In this document: one piece after another, positions 32,333 to 44,634 of the stretch
Layout: every line of letters starts with the position of its first letter
How positions within the stretch are numbered: position 1 is the first letter of the stretch
DNA from: Folioceros fuciformis
Taxonomy: Eukaryota
Direction: 5' to 3'
DNA length: 54,524 nucleotides
Assembly: GCA_049999805.1 (NCBI GenBank)
Contig: JBNGIO010006162.1
Location: forward strand, 1-54,524
The notes under the pieces: model-generated
The model's database searches: none
Seen by the model: only the letters and a program-made list of their open reading frames with translations
Told to the model about the DNA's origin: nothing
Made by a program: the position numbers and the translations under genes

Positions 32333-33286
32333 ATCATCACCATCATATGAGTTCTCACCATCATATGAGTCCTCACCATCATGAGTCGTCAGCATCATAT
32401 GAGTGGTCATCATCATATGAGTCATGACCATCATATGAGTCATCATCATCATATGAGTCGTCATCATCATATGAGTGGTCATCATCATATGAGTCGTGAC
32501 CATCATATGAGTCATCATCATCATATGAGTCGTCATCATCATATGAGTGGTCATCATCATATGAGTCGTGACCATCATATGAGTCATCATCATCATATGA
32601 GTCGTCGGCATCATATGAGTCGTCGGGATCATATGACCATCATATGAGTCGTTAGCATCATATGAGTCGTTAGCATCATATGAGTCGTCACCATCATATG
32701 AGTCATGAGCATCATATGAATTGTCATCATCATATGAGTCGTCATCTATAGATGATTGTTCATCTACATATGATTCTTCATCTTCATATGTTTCTTTAGC
32801 TTCATCTATATCAACATCTTCAACTTCATCTATATCTCCATAGCCATACACATCATTCTCATCCTCATAGACCTCATACACATTGGTATCCTCCACATAA
32901 GTCTCTCCTGCATTAAAGAACATAAAAAATCCACAACAACGACTAGCATGCTCAACGGGAAAAATGGAATGGACTCCATAAAAACTTAGTGAAAAGAAAA
33001 GCTATGCATACCTCTTTGACTGTTGGGCATTAATAAAGTCTCAGAGCTACTATCACCCGCATTCTCCATTCTTGAATAGTGCACATCTTCATTCAAATGG
33101 GTCTCATCCTCACTCTGCAACATGTACTTATGCTAATGCTCATCCTCATACTCCTCAAAATATGGATAATAATGCAACTCATCATCCTCATAGTCATCAT
33201 CCTCACTAAACTCAAACTCATACTCATCCACATTGTCGTCGTCATCATCACCATTCTTATCTGATCTACAACTTCATCTGTAATCT
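32285..33286 (-). pseudogene. Spliced remnant encoding an extremely Asp/Glu/Tyr-rich protein
   Basis: A GT-AG intron at 33011-32908 joins two acidic exons in frame. In-frame TAG at 33135-33133; frameshifts inside the 18-bp array. Confidence 0.55.
32325..32745. repeat. 18-bp coding-type minisatellite, >20 units; reads (YDxxDS)n on the minus strand
   Basis: CATATGAGTCRTCAYCAT units. Confidence 0.95.
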
Positions 33287-34356
33287 CTACAAAGAGTACA
33301 TGTGGAATGTCCTCTTTCGACCCATGGTATCAAACATTGCTTATGAAAAAGGTGACCACATACATTCACCAAGATGACATTTTGATCTTTCAAAAAGAGT
33401 GTCAAGACAAATAACACAATCTTTCATCCCTTTGCCATAGTGTTTGCTAAATGTCACGTTTGCACCTTATAACCTAATCATTTTCACTAACCTAAAAGCC
33501 TTAAGGACTAATCTATGTAGGTTTCGTCTTAAGTTATACTCACATACGACTTTTCACTAGCTCTCACAATAAATACACAATGAACATAATATACATAACA
33601 CTTTCTTATAAATATTTAAATATCTGTGGTAGACAAATATATATAATATGGATGTATAGTAACTGGACGAAGGTTTAGCACCTAGAGTATGCAAACCTTA
33701 GGAGCTCAAGGGAAAAATTTAGCACTCTCAAATTATTTTATTTTCATAAAAGAAGTGCTTACACTAGATGACAAAAAAGCCCCCTCGATGATGAATAGAG
33801 AGAGTGTAGAATAACTCCTTTATATAGGCTAGTAATGGGTTAATACCTACTACTATAATAAAGAGGTTAACATCTATGTAGTTAGACTACATATAGAAGT
33901 TAATACCTACTACTACCAAGAGACGTTAGTACTATGTTGGTACTATCCTAGTACTTTGCTAATATCGTACTAAAGTCTCTTTATAGTAGTGGGTACTAAT
34001 AGACAATAGCATGCACAATTATTACTTACCTTAGATTGCATTTGTGGTGTGTCTCAAGTAACTATTGTTGTTTAAACTATTTGCGCTCTAGCTTTGTTGG
34101 GTTTGTGATATCCTTTCTTGCCCATTTGTCTTCACAAGCATCACACTATGCATGTTGTCGTTTTTGATGCAAACGAACATCCTTTCCTCCAAGAACGTAA
34201 TCCTAGCTAGCTATTGTTTGAGTTTAGGGTACTTCGTAAACTTTATTTTATTAAGTACAATATAATTATTTTCTATTATAGAAAAAGAGATGGAAAGTCC
34301 CATCTACTCCAAAGATTGGAGAAATAATCCGAGCAGGACCAAAAGTTACTAAGCCT

Positions 34357-34495
34357 GTGAACGAAAAAGTACTAGTCCCTTTGAACATCATTCACATGTG
34401 AANNNNNNNNNNTGTGAACGAAAAAGTACTAGTCCCTTTGAACATCATTCACATGTGAACGAAAAAGTACTAGTCCCTTTGAACATCATTCACAC
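34357..34495. repeat. 41-bp tandem repeat spanning a 10-N gap
   Basis: TGTGAACGAAAAAGTACTAGTCCCTTTGAACATCATTCACA x3; copy number is unresolved because of the gap. Confidence 0.75.
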
Positions 34496-35182
34496 AAACT
34501 ACCCGTTCTCTTAATCATGATATGGAATAACAAAAAATCTACCATAGATGAATTACATCGAGATCATTGTACTTAATTTAACACATAGGGACTAATTCTA
34601 TGTGCCTAATATAATTGTAGATATAGATATAATAGTCATATGTATGTCATTTACATTAACTTAAGTTTTGAGTAAGCTCGATGGCCTGTGCAGGGACCCA
34701 AGTGCGTCCATGGGGACCATGGTTGTGTTTAAGCATCACGTACCGGCCTGGTGTGGCCTGAATATTCATATTCAGACCTCAGGATAATCCGGATTGAAAG
34801 CCAGCCTTCGTAGGAACTTGGGTGCCTCCTAGCTAACATGTGCAGTTTCGTCGCTAGCGGGAACATCAACTGCAACCCAAGCTGCGCAGCCACAGGCCTG
34901 CAGATCTGCAAGCTTACACACCCACAAATTCTACGAGAAGAATTAAATCACAACAACTCGATTACAATTTGATCTACCCGCTCTCATCTGGCTGCTTGCT
35001 TGTTGGCCTTTTCAGAAGGCAAGTCAGAGTATCATCGGTAGCCTGATTCGGGCCCTCCTTCTCCGAAAGCCTTTAGGGCCCTCACAAGGTAGGGGGTCGA
35101 TCCAGTGACTGCGCCTTCATGGAGATCCCAGACCGCAGACCTTAGTTTTCATGGATCTTCTGATCCAGAAAGAATTCTCACA

Positions 35183-38100
35183 CTACTTAATGAGCTCCGA
35201 CATAATTCGGTCACGAAGAAATTCAATCTCCTGAAACACAAGAGTACAATGCAAATGGTTAGGATCGAAGATGTGTGAAGAGCAATCATGGTGAGCCTAG
35301 ACTACACGTGCCTTACATGAGCATTTTCAGCCACCCAATTACGCACAACATCTGCCGACTGTTTCAAATGTTCACAGTTTGCAGTCGTCAGCTTCGACGA
35401 TCGGAAAGCAAGGAGGGATGACTCTGCCACCCACAAAGCATTACTGGAGTCCCGACGAAGCTTCTTCAGGTTGCAGTATCCCACCTGCATCCATTGCATT
35501 TCTCAGATGCCACCCGGCTGTAAAGTAGCGGCAATCAGTGTTTCTGAGCCTTTCCATGCTTACCACACAACCCAGAAAGTTGGACTCAAACGGCATAAAT
35601 GCTTCATGTGAGGCGTGGTGTTCGATGGCAAGTAATGATGTACACCTAGATCCTGAGTCTTCAGTTTCCTCGGAACCATCAGTAACGAAAACCCACTGAC
35701 GCCGATGGAACCCAGACTCATCAACTTGCCCGATGTGCAGGACTACACAAGCTATATCAAATTCTCTGCACGACACAACACAAACATGTTGCATTTTTAA
35801 CTTCAAATGGGTATTCGACTCCAGATTAAAGACTTTCGTACTTTCAGATTTGTTACCTTCCATCAGCAAGTTCTTCAAGGCTACATATCCGAGGGGCCAT
35901 GCGGGGCGAATAATCAAATCTGCAGATCCAGCATCTCAGCTGCTATTGACTTGGCGACAATCAACGCACTGCCCAACACGAGTAAAAAACTCACTGTAAC
36001 TTTCTTGCAGCCTCTTGCGTCAACTCTTGCCAATTTGTCGCCCTGGTTGTTCGTAAGTGGACGAGATTGTCAGCAGATGTGAAGCTCCTGTCCGGCACAG
36101 TTGTCAAGTCTGAGACTCGATATATTGCACCTTCCTTCACGCTCGCAATCTACACATATGAAGTCAGCCAAGTTTCCGAGGTGTGCATGACAGTCAGGCA
36201 GGCAGATTTGAAGGCCTTACCTGATCATCATGTGGGCTCCACAGTGTTACAAATCCTTCCTTGGTATCGAATTCAACAAGGGAGTCCTTTGCAAGAACCC
36301 CAGAAACCCGGACTTGCAAGAACGGACTCACGTCGCGAGACAGCAAATCAGCTTCACACAAAGCTTCCTGAATTTTCGTTTCAGCTGCTTTCTGCATCGC
36401 CATCTGCAATACAATCACATAGCAACGTCATTCAAGCAATTCAGATCCGGCTGCACTATCCACTGGGCAATTGGACCCCGCATTACCTGCCTCCTCAGCT
36501 GAAACTTGTCCAATGACTGCCTCTGAGATTTAGTCAGCGTCGAGAAAATCAGCTCAGGTTCTCCTGCATTTACGATTCTGTCGAAAAGCAGGGCACCTTC
36601 GTCTGCCGGTTCGTTTGCTGAGAACCAGTCATGGCCCTCTTCCAATCTCAGTTTCGTAGCATCAATAATGCTGTTTCGTCTGGGATCAAGCAGCGCCATT
36701 CAGCGCGGTGAGCACCAAAACTGAGAAAAAGTTCAAGTCTTTTCTGCTCCAAGCACTGGAACTTGTTGGGATCAAAAAACTCTTGCAGTCCTGAAACCCA
36801 GGCACCTGGCATCGTGCTGACTTGAGGCCAAGTTCTCGGCTCTTGCACACCGTACAATTGATCTGCCATCCCGAAGCCTAGCATCCCACCAGTTGCAAAA
36901 CAGAGTTACGGGTCCAGACGCTAAACCGAACAGGTTATCAACAGAACAATCCTTCCCTTGTGACAATCCTACCTTTCTTTATACAAGATGGGGTAAACAC
37001 GAGTAACAACAATTACTGTTACAGCAACAGGACCACCGTTGTTCTTCACGCACTTGAGAGCAAGAGGGATTGGTGGAACATAACCTAGCAAGAGGCAGAA
37101 ATCCAGGTCTCACGACAACAGAGCCACTTATTTGATCTCTACAAAGAGGGTCCAATCCACGTGACAGTCTCACCGAAGCCCAGGCGATCTGCCCAATGTG
37201 CTCTGAACGTGCCATTCATATGGATGGCCAACGATGACACTGGAAATGCCTGCAGCACGGAAACATACTATCTGGAATCAAGTGACCTGAGCGTTTTGTA
37301 ACCACGAAACAAGTGCTCTATTGCCTTACCACTAAGGGAGGCGTGCCGTCGGTGTGACCTTGGAACACAGCTCCACAGACCTGAACGGGCATATGGCATT
37401 TGTCAAACGGGTCCTGATTAATGCCCAACACTGGGATGGAAGGAATAGTCTCACCCGCAGTTTCTGGCCAACAAACAGTTTGCCACTTCTAAGCTTCTGA
37501 GAAAGAGGTGCGTCCAGAGTAGCGGTCAAACGGTACCTACAATCAGAAAAAAGTTTTCAGACGGCTGCAAGGTTCACAACCGGTACATGTAGTAGAACAA
37601 TGGTAGACAAAGCAGTTTACCTACCAACCGTCGGTTACTTCCACAGTTGCTCTGCGGTTGCTCGATATCCCGCCAACCACTTGGCCATTTGTGGACGAGA
37701 TACAAAGAACGATAACCTGAGAAGCAGGCGAGTCTCTTTCTGTGATTCTTTTCAGGGCGGATCGATGACCATCCCTATACTCCCGATGGTACCTTAATGA
37801 AAAACAAGTCTGTAAACAGACATAGCATAACAAGAACATATGTGGATGAATCAAACAAGAAGCTAGCTTGTACCGCGTACCTATGCAACAGCTCACTGAA
37901 GACTCTATCACGAGTGAGGTATTTGCCAGCAGCTTGCGTAGGATAGCTTCGTTCATAAGATGCCAACTTCCAGATGATCCACTTATAGTGGTTAGTAACC
38001 CATCTGCAACAAGGAAGACGTCAACAGGTGAACCAAGCTTTTCACCTTTGCCACAGTTTTCACAGCGCCAAAAAAAAGCCTGAGAGAACCAAGAGTCAAC

Positions 38101-40281
38101 GAGGAGTCGAAGGCACTACTCAGAAGTAACATAAGCAGACTCTGCTCCCGCTCGATATAGCATACGCCTGAAATCTTCTGCACCAAAGTATTCCGTCTTG
38201 CCCTCTGCGAAATGTTTTACCCTGAAAGCGGCGGCAGTGCTAGCAGAAATGCCATGTACGTCTTTGTCCCGATGCCTCCCCTGCAAGACCAGAAAACTTG
38301 TATTGTGGCATCTCCAAAACTTTCAGAGGCATCCTCACCGTGATAATACTCACAGAATCTAACCCGGGAGGGCCACCAAAGTACTCCTGCATCCCCCTGC
38401 AAGTTTTGGTGGGTTTTTCGGAAAAGGATGTTACTCGTCGAACTTGCTTCCCTGGAACAGAGTCCCTGCAGAGTGATGTCCCCTGATTGAAACTGCTTTC
38501 TGATTCAGGCTTCAGTTCTGGTTGCGGAACCTCAAAAGCATGCATTTACAAAGAACAGAATTAACCTCAAGTTCAAGCAGGAACGTGGCAAAAGGCACAC
38601 CTCTGGAGACGAGGACTTCTGAAAGCAGTCGTCACCCTTTGCTGAGGAGACACAGGGCTGTTCTGCCTCGGAGCCATAAATCCAGAAGCTCCTTTGCCCT
38701 TCTCCAGACCGGCTTTCTCCCGGCCAGGCACATAGGACTCTCCTCCTTTGTTTTGAAGTACACATTTATTCTTAGATGCACTATCGGTCTCCTTTCCACC
38801 TTCTTGCAATGCCTCCACTTCCTTCTCGGTATTCTTACAAAAGCTTCCACCTGCGTCTGCTCCCCTGGTGTCATACTGTCTTCCCTGTGCTGAACTTTCC
38901 AGCAGCTCTTCTGCCTGCCTAACGGCCGACTCAGAAACCTGATATTTTCGACAGCTGAAAGAGTCGCCACGTCGGGTGGCGGTCTCACTGTCTAGAAGAG
39001 GCGGTATGGGATCTCTTCTTTCCAAAACAGCTTCTGCCCTCCTCACAGCCGAGTCTGGCAGGGCTGCGAAGGGACACGAAATGCCATACTTAGCTGCATT
39101 TGCCGAGGCATCCAAAAGCCCTTCAGCCATTCTGACAGCCGACTCTGAAACCTGGATCCTGTGGGGATTTACGGTTACAGCTTTGCTCTGCATGCAAGGG
39201 GGAGGCTCCGCACTGCATCTCTCTTCCAAGAGAGCCTCAGCTTTTCTCAAGGCTGCAATCGGTACAGCAAATCTCTGCCATGCTGGACCAGAGGAAGCAT
39301 CCACTTCCTCCGCTGCTAACGAAACTGCAGTTTTCGGGACCAAAGTGCCTGCAGATGTGAACCGTCTGACTGCAGGATCGACTGCCCGGATTTCCTTCCT
39401 CGCAGCAATATCAAGAGAACGCATCGTAGCTGAAGCAATATTGGGAGAAGCTGAAATATTAGCAGTCCCTAGCGGCATTCCATCGCCACCTGCGAATAAA
39501 TCCCTTGCTCTACTGACAGAAACTGCATCAAGGACAACTGGCTTCCCAGAGGCAGTTTGAAACAAGGAGGCTGCTCCTGCAAGCTCAAGATCTGCTGCTG
39601 TTGGGTCTGCTGCAAAATCTGAAGTCCCCATTGGCGTTCCATCGTTTTCTACCAGCAAATCCTTTGCTCTGTTAATGGAAAGTGCATCAAGTGCAACTGC
39701 CTTCCCCGAGGCAGTCTGAAACAAAGAAGTTGCTCCTGCAAACTCAAGCCCTGTAACCAAATGCATCACTTAATCTGAAGTCCAATCCTGTTCATGACAT
39801 CCAGCTTCATCAACCAGGGGGCCCTGAGGAAACGACTTACCAGGTTTCACCATATTGCTTGGTCTTCGTTTTCTTGCAGCCAAGGAGGCACATGCATCTT
39901 CAGGACGAACTCTGGCCTCTGCAATTCTATCTATTGTGACGCTGTGAGCAGAGCAGAGGGCTCTCCGCTTGTAACACATACGAAAGCCAGCTTCGAACAC
40001 ACAGGAAAAGCATGCAGCCAAGTTTGTGAAACCCAGAGCACCACACCTGGACACATATCTGAATGATCCGCATTGTCTGTGTTCAGAGCTCTATTCGAAT
40101 CAATGCTGCGAAGGAAATCAGCAAGCGGAGGCAGGAACGGCACTCCAGATTGCTCCACCTGCACCGCCTGGCTGGCGACGGATTCACCTTTGACAAGACT
40201 CCACTTCCCGTCCTCAGGATCTCCTGATCGCACCACAGACCATGTCCGTGCAATCTTTGATTTCCAAATTGCGTCCTGCAT
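35183..40281 (-). CDS. BRCA2: BRCA2 recombination mediator, multi-exon (not all junctions resolved)
   Basis: Plant-type N-terminus RTWSV...GKWSLV...LPPLADFL; BRC repeats LFQTASGKAV and LFQTASGKPV; AFRSPR; EYFGGPP; helical/OB1 motifs WVTNHYKWIIWKLASYER, RYHREY..GHRSALKRITE, VEVTDGWY and LFVGQKLR. Last exon 35230-35183 ends in TAG. Confidence 0.93.
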
Positions 40282-40530
40282 TGGTCCTTCCTAGCCAGCA
40301 ATCGCCTCAGCTTGCAGAATTTTCCTGGTCAGACAATTCGCCTGGCTACTGGAGATCAAGCTCTTTTTCCCGCCCTTTAACATTGAATCAAGCTCGAGTG
40401 AAGTTGAGCACGGAATTGCCGACGTGTTATCCGGACACCTTGAAGGTGTATCTAATTTATTTTACTAGCATCTGAAGATTCCCGGCTTACCCTGTGCGGG
40501 GATGAGATGATCGGGGAGTGCTTGCAAGCT

Positions 40531-40712
40531 GGTGGGTCGTGAACCCCTTAAAAGGTGGTGGATCGTGAAGCCAGTCCGAAAGGTGGTGGAGTGCGAATCT
40601 CATCCAAGTTGGTGGGTCGTGAAGCTCTTCCTATTGGGTGGATAGTGAACCCTCCCTCCCTATGTTGTGGTGGATCCCGGAGTCCGTTCATACGGTGGAT
40701 CATGAAGCCCGT
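40531..40712. repeat. Seven degenerate GGTGGRTCGTGAA units at ~25-32-bp spacing between the divergent BRCA2 and PPR-DYW starts
   Basis: Units start at 40531, 40557, 40585, 40611, 40637, 40669 and 40694. Confidence 0.75.
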
Positions 40713-40877
40713 CCTATGGGCACCGTCCAAAGGGTAGCAAGCTGGGGAGAAAAGCTGTGCAGTATAGCAACTTTTGATTTTCGTGATGGGACTCGATGCA
40801 GAGAGATCTGTCTCCCAACAATCCGGTGAGGTAGGGACACTCAGCAGCGTGCATGGTTGTGCTTAAGGAAGGTTCGC

Positions 40878-43766
40878 ATGGCGATGCAGCAGCCTCCACA
40901 GCTGAAAACAATTTCACACAGTCCGAGCTTGTTGTCAGCCAAACCAAGCTCTGCTCGGGTATTTGGAGGGTTTGTGCTCCACAATAGCTCAGGTGGCGCA
41001 GCCAGGGACTGCAAAAATGGAGGAGTTTCCTTATCAGGCACCAATCCCACTGAAGCATTGACCCAGAGTGAGCGGCAGGAGATCTTGTGGCAGCACTTCT
41101 TCTCAAAGCCCTCGGACTGGTGGGACAACAGAGCGGGTAAGAGAAGCTCCCGCCATCCTGACTTCAGGAGCAAGTCCTCCAAGGAGGCCCTGTGGCTCGA
41201 TAATTACCACAAGCCTGCCTGGGTGGATTCGCAGCTGGCCAGGGGGCTTGGTGTTGCTGAAGAAGGATCAGCAAATAGGGACAGCAACGGTCTGGAGCTG
41301 TCCAGCCGGGATGTGCCGATGAGAGGAAACAATATTGCAGAACAAGATATGTTGATCCGGCGTTGCGAGGAGGCAGAGCTGAGTGAGGCTGTTGACGCTT
41401 TGGAGACCCTGGTGGATAGGGAATGTCACATCGGCCGCGGGATTGTCTTCCGTGTTCTGAAGAGGTGCATGACAAGGAAAGATCTTGATTGCGGAAGGCG
41501 TGTGCATGCACTTGCCCTCAGAAAGGGGTTTGGGTCACATGCCTTCTTGGCCAATCACATTATTTGTATGTATGCTGGACATGGAAAGCTAGAGGACGCA
41601 CTGAAGGCCTTCAGGAATGTGGCTGTGCCTGATGCTTACATGTGGTCTTCCATCATCCTGGCGCATGCTCGGCACGGCCAGCCAATCCAGGCCATCAACT
41701 TCTATCGACAGATGCGAGGTTCAGGTGTTAAGGCAGACGGTCATATCTTCGTAGCAGCTCTGAAGGCATGTGCCTCTGCAGGGGACCTGGATCTGGGCAA
41801 GGAGGTCCATGCCGACATAGAGGCCAGTGCTGCCAAGGCTGATTTCTTTGTTGGCAGCAGCCTGGTGAACATGTACGTAAAATGCGGCAGCTTGGATGAT
41901 GCTCGCAGTGTGTTTGACAGCTTGCCTCGGAGGGACGTGGTGACCTGGACCACCATGATTGCTGGGTATTGCCAGCAGGAGAATGGGCAAGAAGCCTTAG
42001 CCTTGTATGCAAACATGGAACGTGAGGGCATCACTCCGGCGGACAGTTTTATATTTGTTCGGCTTATTCAAGCATGTGCAAATGTAGGAGCCCATCAGCA
42101 GGGAAAGCAACTTCACTTAAAGGTGCGTGATAGAGGTCTCATTGGCGACGTGTTCGTTGGCAGCTCGTTGGTCCACATGTATGCGAAATGTGGTTTATTG
42201 GAAGAAGCCCGGAAAGTGTTTGACAGCTTGCCCAGGAAAGATGTGGTGACATGGACTACCATGATCGCAGCATACAGTCAGAAGGGTCTTGGACAAGAAG
42301 CTCTAGACTTGTATGCAAATATGCAAAAAGAGGGCATTACTCCAGCTGATAGTGTTACATTTTTGTGCCTTCTTCAGGCATGTGCAAGTGTAGGATCCCT
42401 GCAGCAAGGGAAGCAGCTCCATTTGCAGATCCGGGAACGCCGGCTTGAAAATGATGCTGCCATTCCAAGCAGCCTGGTGAATATGTATGCTAAATGCGGG
42501 AGCTTAGAAGATGCCCGCAACGTGTTTGACACCTTGCCTAGAAAGAATGTGGGTACCTGGAATGCCATGATAGCAGGGTATGTCCAAAATGGCCTTGGGC
42601 GGGAAGCTCTATCTCTTTATGCAAGCATGCAGCATGAGGGCATTGCTCTTGGTGATCAGGTGACTTTTGTATGCATGCTTCAAGCATGTGCCAGTGTAGG
42701 AGCGCTGGATCAAGGTAAGCAGATTCACTCACAGATACGTGCTGGAGGTTTTGAAGGTGACACAAGGATTGGCAGCTGCTTGGTGGACATGTACTCAAAG
42801 TGTGGGAGTTTGGCTGACGCCCGTAACGTCTTTGACGAATTGCCTTCAAGGAATTTGGTTACATGGACGGCAATGATTAAGGCCTACGCAGAACATAGTG
42901 ACGGTAACATGGCGATCTGCTGCTTTGAAGACATGCTGCAGCAAGGTGTTCAGCCAGATGAGACCACATTTACGTGTCTCCTTGCTGCATGCGGTCACAT
43001 GGCCATGGTAAAGGAGGGCCAACGTTATTTCAGGATGATGGTCGAGGACCATGGAATCGTGCCCAGTGAATATCATCATAGTTGCATGGCTGATCTTCTT
43101 GGCCGGTCAGGTCAATTGAACGAGGCTGAACACCTGTTGCGAACAACGGCATTGAATGATGTTGTGGGTTGGACAGCTTTGCTGAGTGCTTGTAAAAACC
43201 ACGGTGATGTAGAGCGCGGAGAAAGGTGTTTCGACCATCTTGTGAAGCTAGAACCCGAGAATGCGAGTCCATACGTGATGTTGGGGAACATCTATGCGAA
43301 TGCTGGGAGGTGGGACGATGTAGATAAGACAGAACTCCGAAGAAAGGCAGCTGGTGCTTTGAAAAAGGCTGCAAAGGCCTGTATTGAAGTGAAGTACCAG
43401 GTGCATGAGTTTAAAGTAGGGGAAGAGCGGTCTGACATCTCCCCAACGCTGAGGAGCGTGAATTCGAGATTGAAGGAGGAAGGGGGCCATGTACCCCAAA
43501 CACAGCTGGTGCTGAAGGGAGTGACTGAGCAGGAGAAGGAAGCTGAGCTATGTGGACACGCTGAAAAATTGGCTTTGGCCTACGGTTTGCTAAACACACC
43601 CGAAGGCACACCTTTGGTGGTGACCAAAAACCTTCGCATGTGCCATGACTGCCACAGTAGTACCAAAATCATGTCAAGTCTCGAGAAGCGTGAAATTGTA
43701 GTAAGAGACGGGCATCGTGTACATCGATTTATGAACGGATCCTGTTCATGTGCAGACAGGCACTGA
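40878..43766 (+). CDS. PDF-motif + PLS-PPR + E1-E2 + DYW:KP (DRH-type) protein; candidate U-to-C organellar RNA editing factor
   Basis: About 17 PLS motifs; KKAAKACIEV in place of the PG box; CGHAEKLA; NLRMCHDCH; ends CSCADRH. N-terminal WWDNRAGKRSSRHPDFRSK...LW...PAWV. First in-frame ATG is at 40878. Confidence 0.93.
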   Translation: MAMQQPPQLKTISHSPSLLSAKPSSARVFGGFVLHNSSGGAARDCKNGGVSLSGTNPTEALTQSERQEILWQHFFSKPSDWWDNRAGKRSSRHPDFRSKSSKEALWLDNYHKPAWVDSQLARGLGVAEEGSANRDSNGLELSSRDVPMRGNNIAEQDMLIRRCEEAELSEAVDALETLVDRECHIGRGIVFRVLKRCMTRKDLDCGRRVHALALRKGFGSHAFLANHIICMYAGHGKLEDALKAFRNVAVPDAYMWSSIILAHARHGQPIQAINFYRQMRGSGVKADGHIFVAALKACASAGDLDLGKEVHADIEASAAKADFFVGSSLVNMYVKCGSLDDARSVFDSLPRRDVVTWTTMIAGYCQQENGQEALALYANMEREGITPADSFIFVRLIQACANVGAHQQGKQLHLKVRDRGLIGDVFVGSSLVHMYAKCGLLEEARKVFDSLPRKDVVTWTTMIAAYSQKGLGQEALDLYANMQKEGITPADSVTFLCLLQACASVGSLQQGKQLHLQIRERRLENDAAIPSSLVNMYAKCGSLEDARNVFDTLPRKNVGTWNAMIAGYVQNGLGREALSLYASMQHEGIALGDQVTFVCMLQACASVGALDQGKQIHSQIRAGGFEGDTRIGSCLVDMYSKCGSLADARNVFDELPSRNLVTWTAMIKAYAEHSDGNMAICCFEDMLQQGVQPDETTFTCLLAACGHMAMVKEGQRYFRMMVEDHGIVPSEYHHSCMADLLGRSGQLNEAEHLLRTTALNDVVGWTALLSACKNHGDVERGERCFDHLVKLEPENASPYVMLGNIYANAGRWDDVDKTELRRKAAGALKKAAKACIEVKYQVHEFKVGEERSDISPTLRSVNSRLKEEGGHVPQTQLVLKGVTEQEKEAELCGHAEKLALAYGLLNTPEGTPLVVTKNLRMCHDCHSSTKIMSSLEKREIVVRDGHRVHRFMNGSCSCADRH

Positions 43767-44634
43767 TATTCCCTTGCCTTATCCTATTGGCGAACAACTC
43801 ATCATATAGATCCACTTCAAAACCATTTAAGTCTAACTCCCCAGCTAGCAACTTTCTGCCTAACAAAGAAAGAGTACGAAGCAATGGCTGCAATTCCAGG
43901 GCCCTGTGATGATGGAACCACTGAATCCGCGTGAAGAGACAGCAATCTACTACTGCACGAGAAAGCAGATATGAATCAAAAGCTCAGAAGAAATTCGCTG
44001 GCCCAGTTTCCGCAGCGTGCAATATCAATTAGCAGGTAGCCAGTAAACATAGAAGTCAATTGGGAAAAACTTGCAATCATTAAATGCCACAAAGTGCACA
44101 ATGACGCAGGGGCAGTTCACCTGGCAAGGGAGTACGATTGGTGGCGTGATTGTACTTGCTCCTTACTCTTCCGGACTCCAGCCCTTCAATGTAGCGTGCT
44201 TCTCACAACTGAAAATTACACTCTGGTAAGGGACCACCTTAGGACAAACCTGTTGTGCAGACGGTCAGTCACTCTTAGAGACACGGAGCTCACCTCGGTT
44301 TTCTTGCAGATGGCCTGATGCTTCCCAGCACCCACGCTGGCTCCACAGCTACTGATATGGGCAGTGAGGACTGGAGCTGTGGAAGCCCATCGTTTGCGCC
44401 ATGGAAGACGTGGTAGGGCAAGGGCAGGGGAAATAAATTTTGCCAGAAGAAACCACAAAAAAACCGTGTCTTGCATCCTTGTTCTCGGAAGTGCAAGTTG
44501 GGATTCACAGCTACATGACGCAATGGCGAACTGGATCAAAGGGAATCGCTTCAGTCGCAAAGGCAAAAACAAGCTGGCCATGCTGCTGCAGCACTAATCA
44601 CGCCAACCGAGATACCTCCACTCCCCCAAAGCTG

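Noticed and set aside
32381-32647. His-rich (MSRHHH)n ORF suggesting a metal-binding peptide
   Set aside because: It is the reverse reading of the 18-bp array; the flanking acidic exons and intron support the minus strand.
34357-34495. 41-bp repeat as a functional array
   Set aside because: It straddles an N-gap, so copy number may be an overlap artefact; the same applies to 47624-47728.
40531-40712. CRISPR-like repeat-spacer appearance
   Set aside because: Cores are only ~13-16 bp and degenerate, spacers ~10-15 bp, there are no cas genes, and the context is a eukaryotic promoter.
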